A DNA stretch of 62,591 nucleotides, counting the filler. It is 13 parts of 13 records of this genome, joined end to end, with 100 filler letters (N's around TTAATTAATTAA, not from the genome) between each part and the next. Parts side by side here need not be neighbours in the genome. Positions count along the whole stretch, not along the records: positions 1 to 5,145 come from SRR9670534_1647; positions 5,246 to 7,526 come from SRR9670534_1661; positions 7,627 to 12,663 come from SRR9670534_1662; 10 more parts are not named here. One strand, 5' to 3'. A program made the position numbers and the translations under genes. The notes beneath the pieces are model-generated. The model was not told the origin of the DNA. It ran no database searches and worked only from the letters and a program-made list of their open reading frames with translations. Of this stretch, positions 1-11,621 are shown piece after piece; position 1 is the first letter of the stretch, and each line of letters starts with the position of its first letter.

Positions 1-208
1 ATATGTACCCCATATGTAGGTTATTATGGACTACATAAAATTCATTATGGGTGGTACATGTACATATGTAGTACATATATTGGGTATTAATATGTAGAAT
101 ATAGCGTAACGAGATTGCAATTGTGTAGATAAATGCCCATATCATATCTGCCATAAGTTACATAAGATTTGTAAATTTTTAGGAAAAAGAACCTTTGGGA
201 AATAGGAA

Positions 209-1865
209 ATGGCTGGTTCTAATATTCTGCTTGTTATGCTAACTGCTGTTATTGGGCTAGGTTTGCTGGTATCTGGATTTGTGAAGATTTCACCTCTTCT
301 TTCTTATGATATTCACAAGTATATGGTAGGTATACTTACATACAATAAATAAACGTGCATAGGCAATTACCAATTGAATTACCATAGGCAATTACTAATT
401 AGACTGCCTACGGTATGTAGATTAGAAACATTATCCCTGGATTCCTGAATCACAACCCTGCAGAAAACGTTTAATTAAAGGCTGCAAGTTGTATAGCTAG
501 TTGCATGAACGTTATTTACTAAATAATATTTAGGTATTGATATTACCTACGTACACTCTTTTTTATTCGTTTTTGCTAGATCCTAACCATTCAATGGTTG
601 GTGCCGTGATTCATAGGTATACTGTATATGATACTGTACTGTGTATTTATGTACTTACTTACCTATTTAAATATGTAGGTATGTACTTACCTATGTACTG
701 TAAATATACATATAACGTATGTACATACTATATACTACATAGGTATGTATTAGGTAACCTAATTTACGTATGTACTACATACTATGTACAATGTAATAGA
801 GTATTACTAATACATACATACTATGTAAAGGATTTTGCATGTACATAGGTATTGTGGAATGGCCTATACAGTAAACAATATTACATGTACAATGTAGGTA
901 CATGTGCATACAGCAGGTACCTAAATTGTTATGATCACTTATATAATTTTTATACAGTATGGTTCATATTGTTCTGTTGTTTTAGAGAAATGAATTTCTT
1001 GAGACAACTAAAACCATTCCTTGGCGTAATATAATAGGTTATCGGCCAAGCGCTTCTGAATACAGGTCATTTTATGGTTATGCTGAAATACTTGGGGGTG
1101 CAGTCTTGCTTACTTCTAAAATTGGTTGGTACTTACAATACCTAGCTGTAGACACTTAATTAATAATAATTAATTGTAGATAGGTACATTTCTTGATTCA
1201 TTAGTAATACATACAGTACCTAATATCATATTAGTACATATTACTAATTTAGTAATATGTCACATGTGAGACTCACTGTACGATGCATAATTTAGTTATT
1301 TACTTTTATTGTTACGTAATAAAGACTCTACATTCTACAGTAGAATTTCTGCTCTACTAACATTCATTGAGTACATTGCTGTTTCTATGTAATGTTATAG
1401 TAGAAATTTATTGCTGTTTATTGCTCTGTGATAAGTTACATACTGTCATAATATTATGTACCTATACTTATTTAAGCGTAAATAAATTACAGTAGGTATT
1501 TTATGTACCTATATCCTACTCTATGACCTATATCAATGTCATTATGCATTAGTCTAACCTTAGACATAACCTTAGAGTCTAAGGCTTAGACTATTATTAT
1601 TCGAATCGAACACGCTATTGTCAATACACAGTACCTATTTTCTCTAGGCTTCTTTGCAAATTTTGTAACACTTACCTTGGGCATATTATCTGCTGTTAAC
1701 GTTTACAGCCATATGACGTTGAAGCATAAAACCTTGCAGACCTTACCGTCACTTATCGTATGTGGTGCTTTACTAATTCGGTTCATACTGGTACTGTTTT
1801 CCTCACAACCCATAAAACCCAAAGAAAAAGAAGAGAAGGAAGAGAAGGAAGAAAAGAAAGAGTAA
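209..1865 (+). CDS. TMEM35: NACHO/TMEM35-family nicotinic acetylcholine receptor chaperone, 3 exons (209-325, 986-1124, 1648-1865), about 157 aa
   Basis: GT-AG splicing with consistent phases gives MAGSNILLVMLTAVIGLGLLVSGFVKISPLLSYDIHKYM|RNEFLETTKTIPW...YRSFYGYAEILGGAVLL...ANFVTLTLGILSAVNVYSH...LPSLIVCGALLIRF. This fits the TMEM35/NACHO pattern (GxxKL/IxP, YRxxxGxxEI, AN, H, PxL..R) with 4 hydrophobic segments. Only the last exon is in the ORF track. Confidence 0.85.
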
Positions 1866-2126
1866 TGGCGACGTTTTCTATTTTAAGATTGTTAGCTTTA
1901 TAAAATTTAAGATTATTACATATTATTAATTAATAATGTATGAAGTTTGGTGATTTTTGAGTTATTATCGTTGTTATTATCATTAAAATTAATATTACAT
2001 AATAAATTATTACCAATAATTTACCTGTTTTGCCTTTTTTGCTCGTTATTTGCTTGATTGGTTTTATTTTTAATATTTCATCTTAAATTAATTCAAATAA
2101 TATGCACCAGTTGCCTTTTATAGGAA

Positions 2127-3953
2127 ATGTTCTCATCCATCAAAAATATTGTTACTGGAAAACTAGAATGGAAGGTCGTGGAAACTTCGGACTTTGCCTT
2201 AGAAATAGCCAGGTCAGCCTACGCAGACATGTTGCATGATCACGAAAGGAATTACAAATATGAAATTGCTTTATCAAATGTTATAAAGAATGTCAAAGAT
2301 AAAGTAGGCGTGAAAGACGTTAAAGTTTTAGATATTGGAACAGGAACCGGACTATTATCCATGATGGCAGCAAGACATGGTGCATCAAGGGTCTATGCTT
2401 GTGAATCCTTCAAGCCTATGGCAGACATAGCAAAAAACGTCATTTCTGCCAATGATTTTACAGATAAAATTGAATTGTACAACACTCATTCAACAAATTT
2501 ACAACTTTCTAAAAAATGTGACATTTTGGTAGCAGAACTCTTTGATACTGAACTAATTGGTGAAGGTGCCATCAGATCCTACAATGATGCTTGTCAAAGA
2601 CTTCTGAAAGAAAATCACTTTTTAATCCCCTATAAAGCAAAAATAATGTTGCAAGTTTTTGAAAGTCCTCATTTGTATAGATATCACAAGCATGATTCAG
2701 AATATCCTGCTCACTCTGTTTTGCATGATGTTCAACTAAGCCAAGTGAATTTTGAGACCGTTAAATTATTGTCCAAACCTTTTGAAACATTTGACTTTGA
2801 ATTTGGATCTGGTAATTCCAAATCATCGCACAAAATCATCGAAGTTGATTGTAATCAAACAGGAAAAGCTCATGGTGTATTTATGTGGTGGAAATTGATG
2901 ATGGATCCATTTGATGAAAGCAACATTTTAGATTGTTCTCCGCATACTGGACAATGGCGAGAGCATTGGTTGCAATCGGTATTTTATTTTGATGTTCCCG
3001 AAATTATTTCCGAAAATGACGTTTTTAATTTGACAGCATTTCATGATGAATACAGTTTGAAATTTTCGCTTGGTGATACCATTAGTCAAAGTCAACATCG
3101 AACAATTTGTAGCAGAAGTAGAGTAGCTCAATTGAATGATGATTATTTTTTAAACAAATTAAAATCATTTCTAAAGTCAAGAGATGTTCTTGCAATTGGT
3201 GAAATGTTTCCTTTAGACAATCAAACCGAAGTTATCAACAGTGAAACACCTGAAGAAAAGATACCGGATGGTAAGAAATATGATCTTGTTATCGGTGAAC
3301 CTTATACCAAAGAATCCTTTTTACCGTGGCATGATCTCCATTTCTGGTATTTTATAAATTACTTGAAAACGTCGAAGAATTGCCAATTTAACCAAATTTT
3401 ACCGGTGTCAGCATCGCTAAAAGTTGTCGCTGTTTCTTTCGTCAACTTGCATAAAATACGTCAGCAAGTTGATAAAGTTACTGCTAAAACTTCTTTTGAT
3501 ATCTCTTACTTTGGTAAAGTTATTGAAGGTGCAATAAATAAAGCGGACATGTATTGGGAAGGACATTACTTGTGGGAATATCCGTGTGATCTTTGCTCGA
3601 ACATTGAAAATGTCATAACTTTTGATTTTGCTTCACCTGTTTCTTCCATTTCTAAAGAAATAGACTTGTACATTTCTAGAGGTAGCGAAGTAAATGGTTT
3701 AGTTTGTTGGTTCGAATACGATTTTGGTGATGGTTTAAAATTCTCTAGGGGAATATTGCCTGATGATCAAATACCAGATTATTATAAATTTTACAAGGTT
3801 CACAAGAATGTTTTTTGGCATCCGTACCATCGTCAAGCGTGTCATTTATTTTCTAAAACCTTGAGCGATGAACGAGTTTTAAAATTAAGCTTTAATTTTT
3901 CTTCTGAGACTGGTGATGTTAGATTTGAGTTAGTGCAATCTAATGATTATTAA
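2127..3953 (+). CDS. PRMT7: Protein arginine N-methyltransferase 7, intronless, 608 aa
   Basis: EIARSAYADMLHDHERN, SAM-binding VLDIGTGTGLLSMM, double-E loop AELFDTELIGEG, WREHWLQ, and a degenerate second PRMT module (GEPY..SFLPWHDLHFWY, LWEYPC). Confidence 0.95.
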   Translation: MFSSIKNIVTGKLEWKVVETSDFALEIARSAYADMLHDHERNYKYEIALSNVIKNVKDKVGVKDVKVLDIGTGTGLLSMMAARHGASRVYACESFKPMADIAKNVISANDFTDKIELYNTHSTNLQLSKKCDILVAELFDTELIGEGAIRSYNDACQRLLKENHFLIPYKAKIMLQVFESPHLYRYHKHDSEYPAHSVLHDVQLSQVNFETVKLLSKPFETFDFEFGSGNSKSSHKIIEVDCNQTGKAHGVFMWWKLMMDPFDESNILDCSPHTGQWREHWLQSVFYFDVPEIISENDVFNLTAFHDEYSLKFSLGDTISQSQHRTICSRSRVAQLNDDYFLNKLKSFLKSRDVLAIGEMFPLDNQTEVINSETPEEKIPDGKKYDLVIGEPYTKESFLPWHDLHFWYFINYLKTSKNCQFNQILPVSASLKVVAVSFVNLHKIRQQVDKVTAKTSFDISYFGKVIEGAINKADMYWEGHYLWEYPCDLCSNIENVITFDFASPVSSISKEIDLYISRGSEVNGLVCWFEYDFGDGLKFSRGILPDDQIPDYYKFYKVHKNVFWHPYHRQACHLFSKTLSDERVLKLSFNFSSETGDVRFELVQSNDY

Positions 3954-3964
3954 TTTTTAGCCAT
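3954..3964 (+). promoter_or_regulatory. 11-nt intergenic spacer containing a 3' splice acceptor (TTTTTAG), candidate trans-splice site
   Basis: PRMT7 TAA (ends 3953) is followed by tttttag-ccat and then the REP ATG at 3965. Confidence 0.55.
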
Positions 3965-5075
3965 ATGGACCTAAGTGAACTTCCCAGACAATTTGACGCC
4001 GTCGTTTTTGGAACAGGTTTCGTACCAAAAAATTTATATGTATTATGTAACTACATATCTGTTACGTCATCATTTAGGCCCAACGCAATCTATAATAGCT
4101 GCAGCCTTGTCTAGACATGGTAAAACTATCTTGCATCTTGACCGGTATACTTATTTTATCTTTAAATTTTAAATTTCAATTTGAAAGATTAAATTTTACA
4201 AATTTTTGATTTTTTAGAAACCAGTTTTATAGTGCTGAAACGGCATCACTTGGTTTCACTCAAATTATTGAAATGACAACAAATAACATCATATCACAAG
4301 CGAGTAAAGGTGGTGACACTGAAAAAACTGAAAATATCCCATTCATTTATTCGGATGTCAAGGAAACATGGTCCCCTTCCATTACCGATGAAGAAAAAGA
4401 ATTTATAATTTCAAATTCGAGACGTTTTAGCTTTGACCTTGCACCCAAAGTTTTGTATAGCAAAGGTGATCTCGTTGAAATTCTTATTAAGTCCGGTGTG
4501 GCAAGATATTCAGAATTCAAGTGTTTAACACGAATTTTATTTTGGGATGATGATAAAAAGAAGTTCATAAAGGTGCCATGTTCAAAGAATGAAGTTTTTT
4601 CTGCTGCAGATTTTAATTTGAAAGAAAAACGACAAATTATGAGTTTTATTAAAGCTGTCAAGACTTCTTTTGAAGAAAACACATTAAATGCATCTGATTT
4701 TGGTATTTGATTTTCTTGAAAGTATGTTCAAGTTATCAATCTAATGTAATTTTTAGATACTTTTGATAATTTCTTGAGGCAACCACAATTTTCTCATATT
4801 TTGACGGACAAATTAGCTAAAGTGGTCTGCCAATCGATGGCAATGGTGGATGGTTCATCACCAAGTCAAATCGCTTTAGAAAAACTGAAGACATTTTTGG
4901 ATTCTTTAGGACGCTTTAATGGAAAAACGCCTTTTTTGTATACTATGTATGGGACTGGAGAGTTATTTCAGGGTTTTTGTAGATTATGTGCCATATTTGG
5001 TGGCATCTATTGTTTGGATAAAGATATCATTCAAATTTCAGAAGTTGAAAAGTCTGAGGAAGATGAATTTTCTAT
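3965..5075 (+). CDS. CHM: Rab escort protein (REP/CHM, GDI superfamily), 5' part; exons 3965-4016, 4078-4144, 4218-4702, 4757-5075; truncated by contig end
   Basis: Spliced translation MDLSELPRQFDAVVFGTGPTQSIIAAALSRHGKTILHLDRNQFY..., SRRFSFDLAPKVLYSKGDLVEILIKSGVARYSEFK, VPCSKNEVF, SLGRFNGKTPFLYTMYGTGELFQGFCRLCAIFGGIYCL. These motifs favour REP over GDI. Confidence 0.92.
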
Positions 5076-5145
5076 GTAAGCAATGCTTACTAAGCATACA
5101 TATATGAACTTTTTATTTAGGTAATAATACAAACATTTATTAACT

Positions 5146-5245
5146 NNNNNNNNNNNNNNNNNNNNNNNNNNNNNNNNNNNNNNNNNNNNTTAATTAATTA
5201 ANNNNNNNNNNNNNNNNNNNNNNNNNNNNNNNNNNNNNNNNNNNN
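5146..5245. other. Artificial contig-joining spacer N44-TTAATTAATTAA-N44 (first of 12; the others start at 7527, 12664, 15771, 20476, 23078, 28194, 33054, 35523, 42992, 57347, 59755)
   Basis: The same 100-nt block, with a palindromic six-frame-stop 12-mer, appears 12 times; genes are cut off at these points. Confidence 0.99.
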
Positions 5246-5662
5246 AATTATCGGTGGAGCGGGCGTCATAAATCATAAAGAAGAATCTTATGATATTATC
5301 ACGATTATTAGTAATAATAAACACCATGAGATACCTAAGTAAAGTATTATTGTAAGTATTTAGTTGCTACCCAATTCCCATCATATTGCAATTAAGTATA
5401 GAAACCTTATTAGTAGTACTAAAGCAAATTGATTTATTTTAGCATGCATGGAAAAACATAACGCGAGTAACAGACCAGACCATGTAGGCGGAGTAAAATG
5501 TAAAGCATAGATTCATCATATTATACCCATAATATATGACCTGTTGATACATCACATCTCCATTAATTATTAACCCATTTTTGCATATTTTTATTATTTC
5601 CTTTTCAGCGTCATTCAGTCTTTTCTTTATTAGTAATACCTTTATTCATAACTTATTTTGAG

Positions 5663-6903
5663 AAGAATATCGTGGTTTTATTAATAATAATAATAATTCA
5701 AACTTCTATGTGAACTCGTATTCAAAGAGAACACCATATACTATGACAAACCAAGTTAATAAAAAAAAAACATTTTTTGAAGAGGTAACGAATAAGCACA
5801 TCTGTCTAATGATAACATTTGTCATTAAATATATTCCTATAATGGGTATTATATAATTAATAACAAAATTTTACCTAATTAAAAAATGAGATTAGAAAAT
5901 TTCATAATAATATTACATAATTCAGGAAGAATGTTTTAACAGAACAAACCCAGTATCTGAAACACCAATGGAATATCTTGAAAAGTTTTATTCATCTTCA
6001 AGCTTTTGTGAAATGAAACCTTCACTTCTCACTTCATTTACAACTTGTATCGAAACCTGCATGGATAAAACATCTAAAAATCAGGCACAGGTTATTGCTT
6101 TTTGTTAATTATGACATAATTTAAAAAATAAATTAAAATTGTTAAAATTTATTTAAAATAAATTAAAATTCATTTTAATTACACTAAATCGATTGTCATT
6201 TATAAAAATTTTGGTAAATTTAATAACAAATTTAGTTATGATTTTTATATTTTACAATTAATAAGCTATATTTAATAATAAAAATATTTTAGCTATAACT
6301 TTTAAATTTTTGCAGAAAATTTTAAAATTAAGTTACATTTCAAATATGCCTTTTAGATAAATGTTTACAGTTATTAATTTTTTGAAAACTATAATGTAAA
6401 ACAAAAAAGCACGTAAATTAAAAAAGCAGCAGTACTTCTTATCATACACTACATAAATAAATAAATCTCGGCTGCTACTGAAAGTACATATAACTCTTAT
6501 AATAATACAGGAGGTATTATTATTAATGCATTACATGTATATACAAGTTGTGTCTTTAATGTGAATATAATAAGAGATGTCTCTAATACCTCTTGTACTA
6601 TAAGAGTGACATCTCTTTTATATACAATAAATATACAACTTATTATTATTAATACCTCCTGTATTATAATAAGAGTGACATCTCTTATTAAATTAAACAC
6701 AATTTATTAAAAAAGCCTACTTGAATGTATAGGAACCAAGATACTTTCTTCATGAAGCTCCTCGAAATTCGAATAGTCATAATGGTTGTACATGTGACAC
6801 AGATCATCAACCAGTGAACCTTTTTCATGAATCTGCTATATCTAAATATGACATCCAAGACAATCAATCAGCAACTACTTCTGTACCTATAAATAAAACC
6901 TCT
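5663..6903 (+). CDS. Internal exons of an unidentified gene (about 5663-5784, 5926-6090, 6733-6903)
   Basis: AG/GT-bounded, stop-free segments with compatible phase-0 junctions (EECFNRTNPVSETPMEYLEKF...|EPRYFLHEAPRNSNSHNGCTC...), more GC-rich than their flanks. No family recognised. Confidence 0.45.
6502..6667. repeat. Intronic inverted repeat (18-bp arms) with internal direct repeats, MITE-like remnant
   Basis: ATAATACAGGAGGTATTA (6502-6519) and TAATACCTCCTGTATTAT (6650-6667); TAAGAGTGACATCTCTT occurs twice nearby. Confidence 0.5.
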
Positions 6904-9099
6904 GTAAGTTCCAAGTTGAACTATATTTTCTAATTAATAAATACAATTGTATTGTGTTTTCTGACTCAGTATTACGTGAAATGTACAAAATTTTTAAAAT
7001 TAATAGCCTAGAAAGAGGAGAACGAAGCACACGTTAACTGGATTGCATAAACGAAAAAGACGTTCAGAACGCATACTTAATCATAAGCGTATTATGGTAA
7101 GACAGAATGCAAACAGCCCAATCAATGATGTTTTTGCTTCTCATGAGACATTGGTGACAATTTCTTATGCTTAAAATCCTCTAAAATCATATACTATTTA
7201 TCATAATGAAAATATTGATAGCTTATATTTTTATCAGGTTTCAAAATCATATTTGCATAAAAATTACTAACAATAGCTTTTTCATATGACCTTTATAGAA
7301 ACTATTTATGGTTGTTTATAAATCATACAAAAATAGGGCATATTATTAATATTTAATAAATATTTAATTAATATTTAATGAGTATTTAATATCAATCATA
7401 TTATTAATATTTAATAAATATCTAATATTAATTAATATTTTTATACTTTAAATAAATATATAATGAAATAAATTACTTATAAATATAATAAATAATATAA
7501 TATTATTATATAATTAATAATATGTTNNNNNNNNNNNNNNNNNNNNNNNNNNNNNNNNNNNNNNNNNNNNTTAATTAATTAANNNNNNNNNNNNNNNNNN
7601 NNNNNNNNNNNNNNNNNNNNNNNNNNCAACCCACAGGTTCCCTACATATACATATAGCCATACCAAATGTAAATTCTATGATAATATGTTTAAGTATTTT
7701 ATAATAAAATTAAAAATAATAATATATTAATTTACTAAATGCATAATATAAATATGTATAATAATATTTATTATATAAAACTTTTAAAATAAAACTAAAA
7801 AGAATAGGTAATATATACTTATAACTAAAAATAAAACTAAAAAGAATAATATATATTAGCACAGCAATTTGATGATAAATAGGAAATTAACATAATAGTT
7901 TATTTTATAAGCATTTTATTTTCTTAAGAAAATTTAGCTAAGATATAAGCATAAATATTCATGCACTAATCATTATTTAATAATGTCGAACTTTTTTAAC
8001 TACAACGTATCAATGTTAACTTTAAATATTTTTTATAGAGCACTTATTTGGTGTAAGTATTATAATAACAAAAAATGTTACTAATTATTATTAATTATTA
8101 CATATATACTTTTTAATAAGATAGCTATTTTATTAATAATCTTATTAATATTTATAAACAATAGTATATAATTCATATATGCTATTTTTTTATTTTTAAA
8201 CTTTGTATTGTTACAAAGCCACAATGTTTTTTCATAATTTAATATTACTCTATAACACATCTATTCTTAATAAGTAAATAAGCTAAATATTATTCATATG
8301 AAGTAATTACATTATAATTAAGCTTTATTTATCAGTAATAAACATCAAATTTGACATACCTAACCAATTTATAAATGAATGAACTTTTCCTAAATATTAC
8401 TATTAACAACAAACATCTTTTATTATCAACAGCAATGATAGGTATTTTAAACATTTTAAATAGTGTAGTGTAAATAGTTGAGAAAAGGTTCATTCAAATT
8501 AAATATAACATTATAATGTATATTAATAAGTTTTTTTATAAAAATATTGTAAATATATAATAATCTAAAAAATGAAAAACTATAAATATAAACTAATGTA
8601 TATTATAAAATAAAAAAAGATATTGAAATATATTGTTTTTTATTTTTAGTTTAATATAATATTAACAAAACTTTTCAAAATTATTATTGTTAAATAAAAG
8701 AATATTAACAGAATTATTTCACAAATAAATAAACTTTTTGCTTAATAATAAACATCACTTATTGTTATTGTATTAATGCTACATATTCTTACTCAAATAC
8801 ATCTACTTCATGATAACTTATTTGAAATAAACTTTTACTAAATATTACTATTAATAACAACAAAATCCTTTATTAATAATAATCATATAATCCAACTATA
8901 TAAATAGATTCCAAAAACCTCTGTAATACTAACAAGTATTGCTTATTATTAATAATAGGAACAAGTTCATGACATGACATAATGCTCATAGCTGCATAAC
9001 TATATTATTAATATGATAATAATAATAATAATAATGGATATTGATATACTTTACTGAAAATTTATTTGAATTACTAAATAGTGCTATACGTATGTAACT

Positions 9100-9357
9100 T
9101 TATTTGGTTTTGACAATGTTCTTTGACAGGGCAAATTCAGCACAGACAGTAACATAATCTTGACATCCTTCCATGACACCCAACAAGACTTTGACATTCT
9201 CCCCTTGAGTATACCAATCCAAACCCAGCTTTTTATAATCTTCTATAGCTGTATGAATTGCATCTTTGCAGGTTCCTGGGCAGTCTTCTCTTTCTGACAA
9301 AACTCCCATAATTTGACCAAATACCAAAAATATTGCCAATGTATGAATAAGTGCCAT
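9100..9357 (-). CDS. Small secreted 4-cysteine protein, paralog A (85 aa)
   Basis: Signal peptide MALIHTLAIFLVFGQIMG, then DCPGTCKDAI...EDY..LGLDWYTQGEN...MEGCQDYVTVC. A short 5'UTR intron ends just before this ATG. Clear homology to 9828-10106. Confidence 0.8.
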   Translation of the reverse strand: MALIHTLAIFLVFGQIMGVLSEREDCPGTCKDAIHTAIEDYKKLGLDWYTQGENVKVLLGVMEGCQDYVTVCAEFALSKNIVKTK

Positions 9358-9827
9358 CTTTCTATAAAATATTAGGAATATTATTATTATAGTATTCATA
9401 AATCATAATAAACATACAACCCTAATGTGAAGATTATTAGTTGTATTTTATGATTATTGATTTTAAATAATAATATTTGAACTATTATAAATAGTAATAG
9501 CATAGTTAAAAATAGATTTGTTGAAGGATATAATTAATAATTTGTAATATTTTGAGACAGCTTTGCATATATGCATATTATGCATTGCATAATAAAGAAA
9601 ACTTACTAGCTATGTTCTATTTATAACTTATAATTATTAATAATAAACAGTAAGGTGAAATGAAAGTATAACAATGAAAGCATTGTTGTCAATAAATGTT
9701 GAAGAGTTTGACAAACTACAATAACTTGAAGTTAGTGATAAGAAAACATTTCCAACATTTCCCCTTTGAAAGTCATTTAATAATTATAATAATTATTAAT
9801 AATAACTTATGCCATATGTGGAAAAAA

Positions 9828-10106
9828 TTATGTTCTTTTGCCAGTTCTTTTCTTTGTTTTTTCTATTTCGCCCATAACAAAAACATCACAGGGTTCAAGG
9901 TACTTTTTGCAGCCAGGCATTAGGTTCAGAATGACTCCAATGTTTTCATGTTGGGTAAACCAATCCAGCCCAATCTCAGCGTAGTCTTCCAAGGCATCTG
10001 CAATGGCGTCTTTACATATTTGAGGACAATCCAAACCTCTTGAAGTTGCCATTCTGCAACTGAGCAGGAAGGTTAGAAACAGGCAAATGATCACGTGACC
10101 TTTCAT
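9828..10106 (-). CDS. Small secreted 4-cysteine protein, paralog B (92 aa)
   Basis: Signal peptide MKGHVIICLFLTFLLSC, then DCPQICKDAI...EDY..IGLDWFTQHEN...MPGCKKYLEPC, with a basic tail KTKKRTGKRT. Confidence 0.8.
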   Translation of the reverse strand: MKGHVIICLFLTFLLSCRMATSRGLDCPQICKDAIADALEDYAEIGLDWFTQHENIGVILNLMPGCKKYLEPCDVFVMGEIEKTKKRTGKRT

Positions 10107-11621
10107 GGTGTTCTTAGTTATCTTGTACCTACTGAAATATGAATGAGTAAATTTTAAATTTTAAATGTATACATTCTTACTATTTTATTAATAATAATAG
10201 CAACAAAATAACTTATGTTGTTTAGATATTGTACTTATAACAAACTTATTAATAATAAAATACTTATTAATAAATTTCACAGCAATAATAACATTTATTT
10301 AGTAAATTTCAATAATTTTTATTAATTTTAATAACTTTTAATACTTTTTATAAATTTTAATAATCTGCAATACTTAAATAAAAAATAACTAAGTTTTATC
10401 TTATTGGTAAACATATTCTAATATTTTGTTATTACTAAATATTAATAATAAAATCCTTTAATTATATAAAAGTGACCTGTAGTTATAGCTTTGCAATAAC
10501 TCACCAAAATATTATGATAATAATTACTTACTAACTTTTTACTGAAATATAATAAACAAGGTTGGAACATAATAAACAATGGCCTGTGTGTAGTATACAT
10601 TTTATAAGTAATGTGAGAAAAGACTTTAAGAATAATAATGAACAAAAGAAATTACTGAAAATATTGGGTCCTTATCATTTCCTCATATTAACAGTGACAT
10701 CTTTTTTTATTTCTTCCAAGAAAGTTTATTCATGTGCAATATAAAAAATTGCAGCGGATGCAGAAGCCATATTTAAATGTTTTTGGTTAAATTTCCTGCC
10801 ATTCTGATAAGGTATATTCCAAATGGCAAGTTTTGCTGACAAAGTATGCTTGAGACTCTTTAGTATTTGGATGAAAATTGTGACATGTGGCAACTATTTT
10901 CTATTTTGTATATGTGGGACAACATGTGGATTGGCTGGTTTGTGCTATGGAATTAACCTGCTTATGTTACACAAACTGACCACTGGGACTGTGGGCAATA
11001 TTTGCTGTATGCAAATTCTAATATCTATTAATCAAAATCTAATTTATTGTGATAGTCTTATTGAACAATGACAAATTTTAATAAAACAACTTAATTTCTT
11101 AATTTTATAATTATTATTAGCATGTGAGTTGTTAAATTATAGAATGCGGAAATGAATTTTAATTAATTTAAATATTTTAATAATAAATTTAATTTCTTAA
11201 TTTTTTAATATATACAATAATTTGAAAGATATTTTACATTTGATTAATAATTATTATAATAACTTTATGATATTATTATCACTAATTTATTTTTCATTTG
11301 TTATTATTATTATTAATAACAATAGTTATTATAATTATTAATAACTTATTATTATTACCAATACACAGGTGAAATGGAGATGTGTACTGATGAATACTGC
11401 ATGATTAGAACAAGAGAAGAAATTAAATGGATAATTATGATGAAAGTTCAAAATTTTATCTACCTAATATCTACCTTGGCAATTAATCTAGCAATAGGTA
11501 TATGTGTAATCCTTTTTATTACAAACTCAGAATACTACTAATATGATATAATATTGATATAATCAAATGTCAGTAAAGGATGACTCACAGTTATAAGTAA
11601 TAGCTCCATCTTTTTGATTGC

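Noticed and set aside
537-1034. ORFs 537-848 and 852-1034 (Tyr/Val/Thr-rich)
   Set aside because: They lie in TACATA/TAGGTA low-complexity NACHO intron 1 or out of frame with exon 2.
9358-9417. Splice acceptors just before the ATG in the secreted-peptide genes as trans-splicing evidence
   Set aside because: Plausible cis donors lie about 50 nt upstream, so ordinary 5'UTR introns explain them. Not counted towards the operon hypothesis.
10562-11071. Cys-rich/hydrophobic short ORFs on the + strand
   Set aside because: Interrupted by stops, with no consistent splice model or recognisable family; at most a decayed fragment.
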